DNA from: Entomortierella parvispora E1425
Lineage: Eukaryota; Fungi; Mortierellomycota
Direction of reading: 5' to 3'
Length of the DNA: 64,000 bases
NCBI GenBank assembly: GCA_020891255.1
Contig: BQFW01000014.1
Location: forward strand, 558,001-622,000
Shown here: piece after piece, positions 24,445 to 35,523 of the stretch
Layout: each line of letters opens with the position of its first letter
Position numbering within the stretch: position 1 is the stretch's first letter
Made by a program: the position numbers and the translations under genes
Notes under the pieces: model-generated
The model's database searches: none
What the model was told of the DNA's origin: nothing
What the model saw: the letters and a program-made list of their open reading frames with translations, nothing else

Positions 24445-27001
24445 ATGTCCACAGCGAGTATTCTTCCTCCCATTACTGCTGCTCCTTATCTTGGTCCCCA
24501 TATTGAACGCCCTCCTCGCGTTAGCTCCCAACCCCACCCTTCGTCGTCGTCCTCTTCCCCTTCCTCTTCCTCTTCCTCTTCTTCCGCCATGCAGAACTCT
24601 GAGGCCGACTCGACGCTCCAGCAGCAGTCCAAGAGATTGGCTGGACTCTCCATTACCAACTCTACGGGTGCAAAAGTCAGTATTTTGAACGACAGCATCA
24701 CGGACCTGTCCTCTGTCACACGACAGGACAAGTCCTCATCGTCACAACAGCCTACATCGCCTTCTGAGAGCCGGCCGGCCGCTCAATATAGAAGCCATAG
24801 TTACAATTCCCAGCATTCCTTTCAAGACCACCATCACCACAGTAGTAACGCTGACTCTGGCCGGTCCTCTTCCCTCACCAACGCGTCCACGCCCATCTAC
24901 TCCAGCCAAGACTTGAAGGAAGCGGCGGCAGCGGCGGGATCGGGGGGTGGACCAGGGGGCCCCATCTCGTCTCTTCGTAGTCGGAGTCTCAGTGGCGGGG
25001 CCAACAAGCTGTCACCGTTGATGACGAATATTCGAAACGGTGCTGTGGATCAAGGACAGGCCTCTGCCTCTTCCTCAACGGCCTCTCCTACTTTTCCTTA
25101 CTTTGCACGGTCCTACTCTGAAGACAACTCGTCCGATGATGCCGATTCGTCTTTCCGCCGGATGTCGGACAACGGGGTCAACTTTGTCAAGCGAAAGTAC
25201 TCTTGTTCGTATCCCGGCTGCAACAAGTGTTTCACCACTAGGTAAGGACTACTAGGGCTAACGGACCAAAAAAGAATGGCACTAAGGAACTCACGGGCTG
25301 GAGTGAGAAAAGGAGGGTCGTGATAATGATGCTATGATGCTATGTTTTTCAAGGTCCGTTGTTTGTTTCTTGAACATGGGATACTCACTCACATGGATCT
25401 TTTTTTATTTTATTTTTTTTCTGCTGTGGTTTTCTGTTTCTGTTTCCCCCCCCCCCCCTTCCAGTGGTCACCTTGCTCGCCACAATCGAATTCATACAGG
25501 CGAGCGCAACTTTGCGTGCTTGATGCCTGGGTGTCCGAGCAAGTTCTCGCGTCAAGACAACATGATGCAACACTACCGTACCCACATCTCTCCAAAGTCG
25601 CGTCGTGGTATGCCCAAGAAGCAAGACTACTTCACCATGCTGATGGCCAATGGATCGCAAGAGGCTCTGCGGGAACAGAGTCCGGCGGCCATGGCTGGTG
25701 CGACGGGTGATCAACAGCAGCATCACCATGTGGCAAAGATGAGCTCCTCTCGTCAAGGATCACGGCACAACTCGCCACCAAGGTTCAACCCCTTTGATCG
25801 TAGCTCCAGCGTTGATTACACTGGCAGAAACTCGACCGAGGGCAACAGCGGCAGTGGTGGAAGTCTTCGTCACCGACACTCGGGTATCATCCAGGCCCAT
25901 CAACACCACACTCCACTCCCTCATTTCAGTATTCAGTCTCCCTCGGTGTCATCCGCTTCCACCTCGTCCTCGTCCTCTTCTTCCCAGGGTGCGCTGCCTT
26001 CGCCATTGACGCCTTCCATGGCATCCGGTCCCTTGGCTTCGCCTCACCCTCCACCTGCCTACGTCCCTGTTGCTGATCTTCCTGCCTTGGCTCGTTATAC
26101 CGTACAGCAGGCCGCTGCGGCTGCCAAGTCTTCAAACTCTAACGGCAACGTTTCAAACGTGAGCAGCAACGGTATTACCTATCGCTCCTCTGATGGAAGC
26201 CTAGCCTCGCCTACATCCCCTCAGACGCAAGATGTCGAGCGGATGGAGGGCGTGGCATCCACGGCAGAGTACCACAATTCGTACCGTCATCATTCACAGC
26301 AGCCATACCAGTCGCAAGCTCAGCAACAGCCATCTGGTTACCAAGGCTCGCCCTATGGTGGTTCCCGACATTCGCATGCTGGCCATGCGTCGTCACAGCA
26401 GCAGCACCATCACCACCACCATCAGCACCCACAGCAGCACCCACAGCAGCAGCACCAGTACCACCATCAGGGATACCAGCTTCCTCCTCTGTCGTTGCAC
26501 GGACAAGACCGCCACGACGTCGAGAGACTTCCGGCCATGGGACACCGCCACGGCGGTGCACCTCCCTCGCCACAGTCGACGCCTCACACTCCTACCAAGT
26601 ACCGCTTTGACCCTATTCAAGACTGCTTGCAGCAAGACAAGATGCATCATCAGCATCACCACCACACGCAGCAGCAGCAGCAACAACAACAACGACAGTA
26701 CGAGCAGTACGGCCGTTATCCACAAGAGGGATATTATTCAAAGCAACAACACCCACAGCACCCTCAAGGGCATGCTGATGAGGAGGATAACAAGATGTTG
26801 GCGTCGACGACGCGCTCTTCGGTCATGTCGACTGGTTCGTCCATGACCTCGATGTCGTCAGGTTCCTCCAACTCTATCAACGGCCACTCCTCTAGAGACC
26901 GTGCTGTTCCCCATCATGATGACCCACGCGAGAACCGTGGTTCGGGCGAAGAACTGTCAGGCCTTGCACATCTTGCTCAGATTGTCACCACGTTTGGTTA
27001 G
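24445..27001 (+). CDS. NRG1: C2H2 zinc-finger transcriptional repressor, Nrg1/Nrg2 family
   Basis: Exons 24445-25241 and 25465-27001. Spliced fingers [56 protein letters not shown] carry the Nrg1 signature [17 protein letters not shown]...FSR.DN..QHYRTH. The rest is S/Q/H-rich low complexity. Confidence 0.85.
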
Positions 27002-27698
27002 AGTCGGAGGGTCATCTTCTATTCTTTTGTTTGTCTTTATCATTTGTCTTTCTTTTTGCTGTGTGGTCCCTTCTCCCCCTCATGGTTTGAATCATCAGCT
27101 AATATACCATTCAATCCTGTTTATCTCTCTTTTTTTTTTTTTTTCTTTCTCTCTCATCCGTTCTTTTCATCTCTCTCTTTCTTTTTTTTTTGTTCTCTAT
27201 CAGAAAATTGATCTGAGTTCTGTACAGTTTGACTTTTCTCTTTCCTTTCTTTTTTTTTCCTTTCAAAAAAAAAAGAAGGTCCTTGCCCCTCTCCCTTTTC
27301 TTTTACCTCTTTTGCGCTGTCAGAAGTAGATCGTTGTCGGTTCGCAAAGCAAAGCAAACGAAACAAAAACAAAACACTCTAATAAAATAATTATTGTACA
27401 TTAAATAACATTAATCAAAGTCTCTGTCTGTTTCTCAATACCCCCTTGCCTGCTTGCCTTTCTCGTCTGTCCTTCTTCCTGTCTTTCGGCCCCGTCCTTC
27501 AACCTGTCTGCTCCTCAGGAACCGGCTCAGGGACAAGGGGACAAGGGGACAAGGACGCGAAATTTCAACGCGTTCGCGTTTTTTTTGTGTTTATTTTGTG
27601 GCTTTGGTTGCTGGACGAGGGTGCCACAGACCTTTGCGCAACCAGCAGGACCACACTTCATCTCTCTTTCATCATCCCATCGGCGCCCAAATTCAAAG

Positions 27699-29543
27699 AT
27701 GACAGACTGCATCTTTGACTCGACAGACCCAGTCCTGGGTGTCATTGCTCAGGAGTTAGCCTCTTCCGGTCACGCCACCACAAGCACTCATGCAGAGCCA
27801 ACGAACAGCGGCAACAGCAATGGCAGCAGTGACAGCAAGTCCTCGACCTTTGTGTTTCGGCTAGAGAGTTTCCTGACGCGCGCCCGCCCTTGCCAGAAGC
27901 TCTTTCCTTCACATGTCCAAAAGCAACGCTACGAGAAAGTCACCGTCCAGGAACGGTTAATCATGCTCTCGGTAGCTGAAGAGGAAACATCCAAGAAGGA
28001 TCATCAGAACGGGAAGGACGGTGTCCTAGTGGCAGGCATGGAGGTCTTGGAGTACACTCTCTACCCTCACCCATCTTCAGCCACCGAGTCTTCTTCAACA
28101 ACAGCGTCCAGGAAAGGAGCTCAAAGCGTGGAACGGATCGTGTACGTTGCCAAGGTCGATACCTCTGGATATTGGCCACCACCATCAGTCAACGGCGCCA
28201 ACGGAGTAGATATTAAAAAAGTCAAGAGTCCAACACAGAGTCTTGTCCAAGGATACCTCAAAGCCGTCAGGGATGGACAGCTCAACAAGGGCGACGACAA
28301 TACCCGCGGCAGAGTTGTGACCAGCAAGACTTCCTTGTTTGTGTTTGCAAGAGCTCAGCCCCAATACCTGTTTGCGAACTCGGCTGACAACGAGAAGAAG
28401 AGAGTCTTGGATGATCGTGGGTTGGTCCGATGGTGGAAAAATATGTTGGGATCAGTTTTTGTGTCTCCTTTGAACGCTACGACCTCTGCCGATACGATAT
28501 CATCGGCCTCCTCCTTGAAGGCGTATTGGTTCATTCCAGGAGTGGATTCAGAACGGCAGGCGATGGGCGTTATTCGGCAACAGTATCCTCCTCAGTCACT
28601 GTCTACAGGAGGATTCACTTGGACGTATGGATACCCAGACAAAGAGTCCACCGAAAAGGCCAGCACGTTAATCCCTCAGTTCCCAGACGATCCAAAGTCA
28701 AGGATGATGCGATCGGCCTCTTGTCAAAACGGCAATGTGGATATTCGAACATTTTGGGAGCTGACCGCGATCGGAGAAGAGAGCGGTGCTGGCAAGATCA
28801 CGGGCTTCTTCCGTGTTCTTATGGAGGCGCAGGACAAAGAAGCGGCTGCTGACCAGGGCACGGGAACTGAGGCGGAATCTACGACCTCTGCATCAACAGA
28901 AGCAGAGGCGGAATCTACGACCTCTGCATCAACAGAAGCAGAGACGGAATCGACAGCCGGAACTGTGCCTGAAAGCGTATTGGTGGTCTCTGGGTCGGAG
29001 GGTCAGTACACAAAAATGTTCAACTTTCTGTTGAACCTCGACTTTAGGACTTTGGAGCAGGCACGGGAATCTACGACTCGCTGGACGAGTCAGATTCAGA
29101 CCTGGACCCGACCACCCTTGGTAATAGATTCGTCCCCTGCTGAGAACGAGAGGCAAGAGGAGGGTAAGGAGCCCGATACATCCGCCGTGGCGACTGTAGA
29201 CACCACTCTGCAACAATTGTACCAGAGACGACTCTGGATCCAGGTCAAGGCGCTCAAGGTCGATTTGCCTCTAAAGGGCGCGTCGACGGATTCACAATCC
29301 TCAACATTCCAGGCATCTTCCTCAGGAGTTCAAGTCCTCGGGGCAGGATTGATCAAGAGGAAACCTGCTACTGCTGATCCATCTAGCTCCGGCGTTGCTA
29401 CTGCTCCGGCAGTCAATGTCCTTGGCGCAGGCTTGATCAAGCGAAAGTCGCCCACAACCACACCCTCAACCGTGGATTCTAGTGCACCTCCTGTGAACAT
29501 GTTGGGTGCCAGCTTCATCAAAAAGAGAAAGATAGACCCATAA
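27699..29543 (+). CDS. RTT109: Histone H3K56 acetyltransferase Rtt109
   Basis: Single exon from ATG 27699. Motifs YVAKVDTSGY, SLFVFARAQPQYLFANSADNEKKRVLDDRGLVRWWK, WFIPG, WTYGYP, LIPQFPDDPKSR, FWEL, ITGFF, and a basic C-terminal VN(V/M)L...IKKRK. Confidence 0.92.
   Translation: MTDCIFDSTDPVLGVIAQELASSGHATTSTHAEPTNSGNSNGSSDSKSSTFVFRLESFLTRARPCQKLFPSHVQKQRYEKVTVQERLIMLSVAEEETSKKDHQNGKDGVLVAGMEVLEYTLYPHPSSATESSSTTASRKGAQSVERIVYVAKVDTSGYWPPPSVNGANGVDIKKVKSPTQSLVQGYLKAVRDGQLNKGDDNTRGRVVTSKTSLFVFARAQPQYLFANSADNEKKRVLDDRGLVRWWKNMLGSVFVSPLNATTSADTISSASSLKAYWFIPGVDSERQAMGVIRQQYPPQSLSTGGFTWTYGYPDKESTEKASTLIPQFPDDPKSRMMRSASCQNGNVDIRTFWELTAIGEESGAGKITGFFRVLMEAQDKEAAADQGTGTEAESTTSASTEAEAESTTSASTEAETESTAGTVPESVLVVSGSEGQYTKMFNFLLNLDFRTLEQARESTTRWTSQIQTWTRPPLVIDSSPAENERQEEGKEPDTSAVATVDTTLQQLYQRRLWIQVKALKVDLPLKGASTDSQSSTFQASSSGVQVLGAGLIKRKPATADPSSSGVATAPAVNVLGAGLIKRKSPTTTPSTVDSSAPPVNMLGASFIKKRKIDP
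28869..28954 (+). repeat. 36-bp coding tandem duplication in RTT109 (EAESTTSASTEA x2 plus a partial third copy)
   Basis: gaggcggaatctacgacctctgcatcaacagaagca is perfect at 28869-28904 and 28905-28940, with a degenerate start of a third copy. Confidence 0.9.
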
Positions 29544-29700
29544 ACAACCATTTTGTTCAAACATACTGAGAGTTGGTTGCTTTTGAAGTTGGTTTATTGA
29601 AATGCACAAAAAATGATAATGATGACGGTAATTGCTGATAGGAAAAAAAAAAGAAGCAAGTGAAAAAAAAAGAAATGACCAGTGTGGACATGAGAGTCGA

Positions 29701-31018
29701 CTAGAACAGCTTGTCGCGGACAGAGGCGAGCATCCTCTCCAATTCCTGGATACGGGCTTGCTGCATCTGATCTTTGTCCGCCAACAATGACCGTTCAACC
29801 TCGACCTCATTCAACTTTGCCTCGAACATAGAGTTCTCAACCTCCAACTCTGCAACGCGTTGCTCCAAGCCCTCAACCATCACCATCTTCTTGTGGCGAG
29901 ATCGGCGAGCGGCGTCCGTGTTCTTGGCACGCTTCAAGGCAACCTCGTCCATCGATGAGACGTCTTTGCCATCCAACACCGATGGTGGTTCAGCAACCTC
30001 ACGCTCACGCTTCAATCCAGTCCGGTTCAAAAGGGAGGACGAACGGTAGGCGCTCTTGTAGGTGGTTGCCGTGACATTGTTGGTGCCAGGAACGGGCGTC
30101 TTGGTGCTTGGCAAGATCGAAAGCGACATGCGAGGCGTCGAAGGAGGCAAGGAAGGAGTCCTGGATCGCTCACGATCAAATGAGGGTGAGGGAGATGCAG
30201 GCAACACAACCGGGGCAGGCTTCATGGCCAAAGGCAACGAGGCCAAGATCGACTGGGCCAGAACGGCTTGCTCGAGACTCTTGCTCCAGGGGATGTTGAG
30301 GGCAGCAGCCGCTTGCTGCGCAGACTCTGCGGTCAAAGTCGCAGGGGCAACAGGGGCAACAGGGGCAACAGCAACAGGGGCAGGAGTCACAGGTGTAGAG
30401 GCAGCTTGAGGAGCCTGAACCTCAGGGAACAAACTCGTCAAGGATCCAAACCCAACACCAGAGAGAGAGTCTGATGCCATCGAATCAAAGCCGAGAGAAG
30501 GCGAGCAGCTTGCGCTGGTGATCTGAGGGCTGTCGTTCGAATCTGAGCCAGAGGACGAGGAGGGATAGGCAGGCATGTCTGCGAAGGCATCCATATAGCC
30601 ATTGCTGACCTGGTTCAAGTCGTTGGCAAGCCAATCGTCAAAGAGGGTCGTCGCAGGCAACTCGGAGGGAGTGGCACCATAGACGGCATCGTCGAGATCA
30701 GCAAAGTCAAAGAGGCCAGCGAGCTGGGTGGCTGGAGCAGTCGAGGCTGCGGTCGGCGCAATCTTGGTGAAGCCTGGATCAAGGATAACAAAACAAAGAG
30801 ATGTGATTGGGTGAGCCAAAAGGGTCTGACAGATATTACTCACAGGTCGGCGTTGATTGGTCGCCTGGAGGCGAAAACGCAGTCGCATCTTGCGATTCCA
30901 AAGGGGTTGGTTGCTTACCTTGCAGAGCGCAATCGAGCGCATCGGCAGACTGGAGCAGGCGCTCGTTGCGCTGCTGCACCGCGGCAAAGGCGGCGCTGTA
31001 GGATGTGGTTGTGGTCAT
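29701..31018 (-). CDS. GCN4: bZIP general amino-acid control activator (Gcn4/Cpc-1/CpcA family)
   Basis: Exons 31018-30844 (MTTTTSYS...) and 30773-29701. Basic region ALKRAKNTDAARRSRHKK plus leucine zipper. Acidic-hydrophobic activation clusters LFDFADLDD and LFDDWLA. uORF-containing leader. Confidence 0.9.
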
Positions 31019-31106
31019 TTTTTTTCTTTTTTTTTCTGTCTTGGAGGGGAGAAGAGTTCTCTTGCTTGGGTTTGTTCAAGGGGGTGTCAGGGCTTGCGCT
31101 TTGGAT

Positions 31107-31205
31107 TTAGGATGGTTGATAGGGCCGATGTCTTGGATGTTTGTTTCTTGCGTATTCTTGTTCGAAGCTGGTGCTGGTGCGGGAGGGGGGGCAGGAGGGA
31201 GCCAT
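31107..31205 (-). promoter_or_regulatory. uORF2 of the GCN4-like leader (32 aa, strong caaaATGg context)
   Basis: MAPSCPPSRTSTSFEQEYARNKHPRHRPYQPS*; ends 88 nt before the main ATG at 31018. Confidence 0.75.
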
Positions 31206-31341
31206 TTTGACTGATTTGATTGAGACTGATGATGAGAGATTTAACTGATAACAGAGATCTTTCACTGACGATGAGAGAATGATATTTTTGACTGATGATG
31301 ACGAGACGATATTGAGATTGATTAGGGATAACAAAAAACGT

Positions 31342-31362
31342 TTAAACGATAATGGACGACAT
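31342..31362 (-). promoter_or_regulatory. uORF1 of the GCN4-like leader (MSSIIV*)
   Basis: aagATG TCG TCC ATT ATC GTT TAA. This and uORF2 are the only ATGs between 31380 and the main start. Confidence 0.75.
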
Positions 31363-32390
31363 CTTGACGACGAGTGGAAAGTGGAAAGGGTAAGGGGTTA
31401 TAAAAAAAAAAAAAAAAAAAGTGTGAAAAGGTGTTTAAAAAAGGGCTGTCAAAGGTTGGTAGCCTGGAAGCAAAGACGTTGGGTTTTTGGTGGTGAGTGT
31501 TTGTTTGTTAAAGGGAGGAAGGAAGAAGTGGTGGGGTTGAAGAGGAAAGAAGAAGAAAAGAAAAGAAAGGAGAAGGGAAAAGAGCTTTGAAGAGACCTTC
31601 GAAGATCAAGTTTGATGTAGAAAGCCCCTTAACGATATGTACATGAACTTGTAGCCCGCCTTTCGTATCGTTTCTGTTTCCTGCTTTTCCTTCAAGAAAA
31701 CGGCTATTCTCAGCTCGGAAGAGGAGTGTATATGTAGGCAGCAGAGGTGGGAGAGTCGTCTCTCACGCGAGAAAGATAGAGCATTCCTACAGAAAAGCTG
31801 GCAGAGGTAGAGCGCCCCAGGAGATCGGGTGCTGGGTATAGAGTCTATCTTTGTTGGGGTTAGGAGTTGGATGACTTGCCTCCAAGCAACATGCAACAGC
31901 GGGGAGTTGTCATGAAGCAGCAGACAAAAGCCGATGATGATAAGTAGTAACAGATCAGGGTTCAGGTCAGAGCTGTCGCTCGGAAGAGTCGAGCAATTGA
32001 TCCGCCAGCCAGAGAAAAGAGAGACCAGGATGATCCAGAGGGCTGGTGGACAGAGAGAGAGTAGGGTGAGGCACCCCCGGTAAGGGTTTGTCCGTCAGTT
32101 TACCCATAGCATCATCATTGCCGGCGCCGTCAGCATCATCGCAGCGGCTCAGCTAATAGGAGGCCCGCAAGCGAGACCATGGACGACGATCCACGCAGAG
32201 CAGGAAGAAACTGCCCGACTTGAACCTTAGATTGCAGACTCGGCAGCACAGGGCACGGAGGCCACAAGCTCACACCCCTGTGACAAAATAGAAAAACGGC
32301 CCTCTTCCCATTCTTTTTGCATTTCATTCTCTCATTCTTTCTTTCCTTATTCTCCATCTCTCCTCTCCGCCCATTCTTTGCCCTTCCACA

Positions 32391-35272
32391 ATGATGAGAC
32401 TTGTGCGCACACAGGGCCAGCTTCGTCCCCTCTCGAAAGTCAGCAGCACCGTGCTCCAAAGACCTGTCGCGTCCAGTCCCCGACAGTTCCCCACGGTTTT
32501 CAGGAACTACTCCACAACCCCAAACAAACCAGCTGCTCCTTCAGCACCATCCCCTCCTTCGCCACCATCACCCCCAAAGCGATCGCGCCTCCGTAGCGCT
32601 GGGCGTGCTCTCCTTTACATTGCCGTCGGTGTCCCCGTCATCGGAACAGCAGCCTGGTACACGTATGATGCACTCGAAGCTAAGGGCGATGTTCTTCACC
32701 AGAAGCGTCCTCGCCGAGTTATTGGTGGTCCCAAGAACCTCGTCATGACCCATGGATGCAGCGGGAGTGTTCTCAAAGCTGAGGAGATCCACCAAAACGA
32801 TCCTCGTCAGAGATTGGTCATTCTCGGAAGCGGATGGGGTGTAAGTCCAGGGCGGTTTTGCGCCCTTTGATGAACAGTTGACATCATACTTCATCGGGAC
32901 TAACCTTGGTCATCCTCCATTTCCTTCTTGTCGAAATAGGCTGTTTCAGTCATCAATCAACTCGATCCAAAGAAATTCCATGTCACCGTCGTATCCCCAA
33001 CGTAAGTTGCAGGAAGATCAGTTATCTATCCGGGGTATAAGAGCAAATTGGGACATGATGCTGAACTTTTCTCCGACAATCTTTATAGCAACTACTTTTT
33101 GTTCACGCCCCTATTGCCCAGTGCAACGTAAGTGACCGTGAGTGCTGATCGCACCATAGATGAAGCCGAACCTCTTGTCCTGAAGAGTGTGTTCTAACAG
33201 CAGTGTATGATGGGTTACTTTTCCAAAATAGCGTGGGTACTTTGGAGCTTAGGTAAGGAGAGAGGACCGATCATGCATCTTTTGTGCCGCATGTTGCCAA
33301 CCGACTAACGTGTTTCTGCCATTTTTCTTCAATAGATCTTTGATTGAACCTATCCGTAGACTTTTGTCGCGTCTTGGAGGATATTATGTTGAGGGTCGTG
33401 CCGATGATGTTGACTTTGAGAACCAACTCGTCGAAGTGTCTGGTATCCATGATAGTGAGGGAAGAAAGTTTTATGGTAATGTGTATCCCCTGAACAACCG
33501 GCCTTTTTCTTCAATTGCGGCGTTAGAACAGTCTTGATCTAATTCTCTTTGCTGCCTTCATTTGAAATAGTCCCTTATGACAAGTTGGTGATTGCAGTGG
33601 GCTCAGAGTCGATGACCCACGGAGTGGAGGGACTGGAACATTGCAACTTTCTGAAGTCCATCACGGACGCTAGAGATATCAGGAAGAGGGTCATGGAGAA
33701 CTTTGAAAAAGCAAGTTTGCCAACAACTACAGATGAAGAGAGACGTCAATTGCTCAGTTTTGTCGTCTGTGGAGGAGGTAAAACAGGGAAAAATTGGGAG
33801 ATTATTTCTCCGCGGTAATTGATACTGAAGAAGCGCTTTGAGTTAACCACGCCAATTTCTATTCCTGTGTCCCCAAAAGGTCCTACTGGCGTTGAATTTG
33901 CTGCCGAGCTTTACGACTTTTTGAACGAGGACTTGGTTGGATATGTAAGTTCAGTGCGACTTTGATTGTTGGCATGGGGCTACCGCCTATGATCCCTTTG
34001 TTTAACTGACCCGATCCGTGTATCTCTAGTTCCCGGCTATTCCACCAGAAGAGGTTCAAGTAAACATTATCCAGAGCGCTGGGCACATCTTGAACACTTA
34101 TGGTAAGAATGTCCTCATGATATCGGCGCGTTTTCAGTAACACGTTACGACCACGGCGCTAAGATCCAAGTACACCCCTTTCAGATTTGAAGATTAGTGA
34201 AATGACCGAGTCCAAGTTCAAGAGAGAAAACATTAATGTCATTACAAACTCGCGAGTTGTCAAGGTGAACCCCACCTCAGTCGTGTACAAGGACAAGGAA
34301 ACAGGAAAGGAGGCCGAGGTTCCATTTGGCGTGTGCCTGTGGTCAACTGGCGTCGGCATGACGCCTCTTGTCAAGTCACTCGTTGCAAAGCTGCCCCATG
34401 GATCCCAGTCAAACAAGCACGCAATTGAGACGGATGGATACATGCGGGTGATTGGAACCCCAGAGGGAACAGTTTACGCCATTGGAGACTGTGCAACTAT
34501 CCGTAAGCAATAATCTGGGGCTGAGATCAGATGCTGAAGAGGAGTCGTCTCAATCTTTGACTAACATTGGATCGCTTCTTTATCTGATGTGTAGCTCAAC
34601 CTCACTTTGTGGACAGGGTCATGACTTTGCTTCAGGAGAGTGATACCAATAACGACAATGTCCTTAGTTACGACGAATTCCGAACCCTGGCAGACAGGAT
34701 CATTGCGAAGCACAGTGTTCTCAAGGTCTTCCTGAGTCACTTGGATGAGACCTTTAACAAATACGACAAGGACCACAATGGAACTTTGGACTTGGATGAG
34801 ATTCGTGCATTCTTGATCGATGCCGAAAAGCAGTGCACTGCTCTCCCAGCCGTAAGTGGACTGCAGGCATCTTTATTGTCGGTTAAGGAACATCCTTTTT
34901 ACTGCAAGCGTTGGTTGCAAGATTCACTAACAAAGATGGGGTTGCTTTATTTGATAGACTGCTCAAGTTGCTAACCAGCAGGGTATCTTTGTTGGTAAAA
35001 GAATTAACATCCTCCACTCCATTGAAAACGATCCAATGGCTGTTTCCCAGCTTCCTCAATTTGCCTACAAGCATTTGGGATCACTTGCCTATATTGGCGG
35101 TAATGAAGCCGTGCTGGACATGGGCAAGGGTCTTGTTTACGGTGGTATTGGATCTGAGTACCTTTGGCGTTCCGTGTACTTTAGCGAACAGGTCTCTGTG
35201 CGCACCCGTTTGTTGCTGTTGATGGACTGGTCCAAGCGTGCCCTGTTTGGACGTGACATTAGCAAATTCTAG
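32391..35272 (+). CDS. Mitochondrial external type II NAD(P)H dehydrogenase with two EF-hands (NDE-1/plant NDB type)
   Basis: 11 exons: 32391-32840, 32940-33001, 33089-33127, 33232-33252 (21-nt micro-exon), 33336-33475, 33571-33777, 33880-33944, 34030-34102, 34185-34502, 34595-34851, 34958-35272. Motifs VILGSGWG, NYFLFTPLLPS, VVCGGGPTGVEFAAEL, YAIGDCAT, TAQVANQQG, YKHLGSLAYIG. EF loops DTNNDNVLSYDE and DKDHNGTLDLDE. Confidence 0.95.
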
Positions 35273-35523
35273 GGCCTACACTCTTTTTCTCTAGCCCTGC
35301 CATAGCATTCCTATAAAATCCAACATTTCGTCAAACTAGAATTGAGATTGCATGGGCAGACCCTGTACCTCTGCATTGAAACTTTTTTTTTTTTTTTTTT
35401 TTTTTTTCCCATTCTTTTACCAACCTTTCACCTTTACGTTCGTTTCCGTTTCTTTTTTCATTCAGCGCCACAAGTCTCCAAGGATCTCCATTTAGCACAG
35501 TTACCAATACCTATTAGCTCACC

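Noticed and set aside
26211-26846. Overlapping alternative-frame and antisense ORFs in the Q/H-rich part of NRG1 (similar shadows occur in SWR1, SF3B4 and GCN4)
   Set aside because: Expected stop-poor shadows of low-complexity, GC-rich coding sequence.
30774-30987. ORF-track N-terminus MPRCSS... of the 428-aa bZIP ORF
   Set aside because: It reads through intron 30843-30774 in the wrong exon-1 frame; the real exon 1 starts at ATG 31018.
31019-31140. Non-AUG N-terminal extension of the GCN4-like ORF, as reported for Neurospora cpc-1
   Set aside because: An in-frame TGA at 31078-31076 closes the frame only 19 codons upstream of the ATG.
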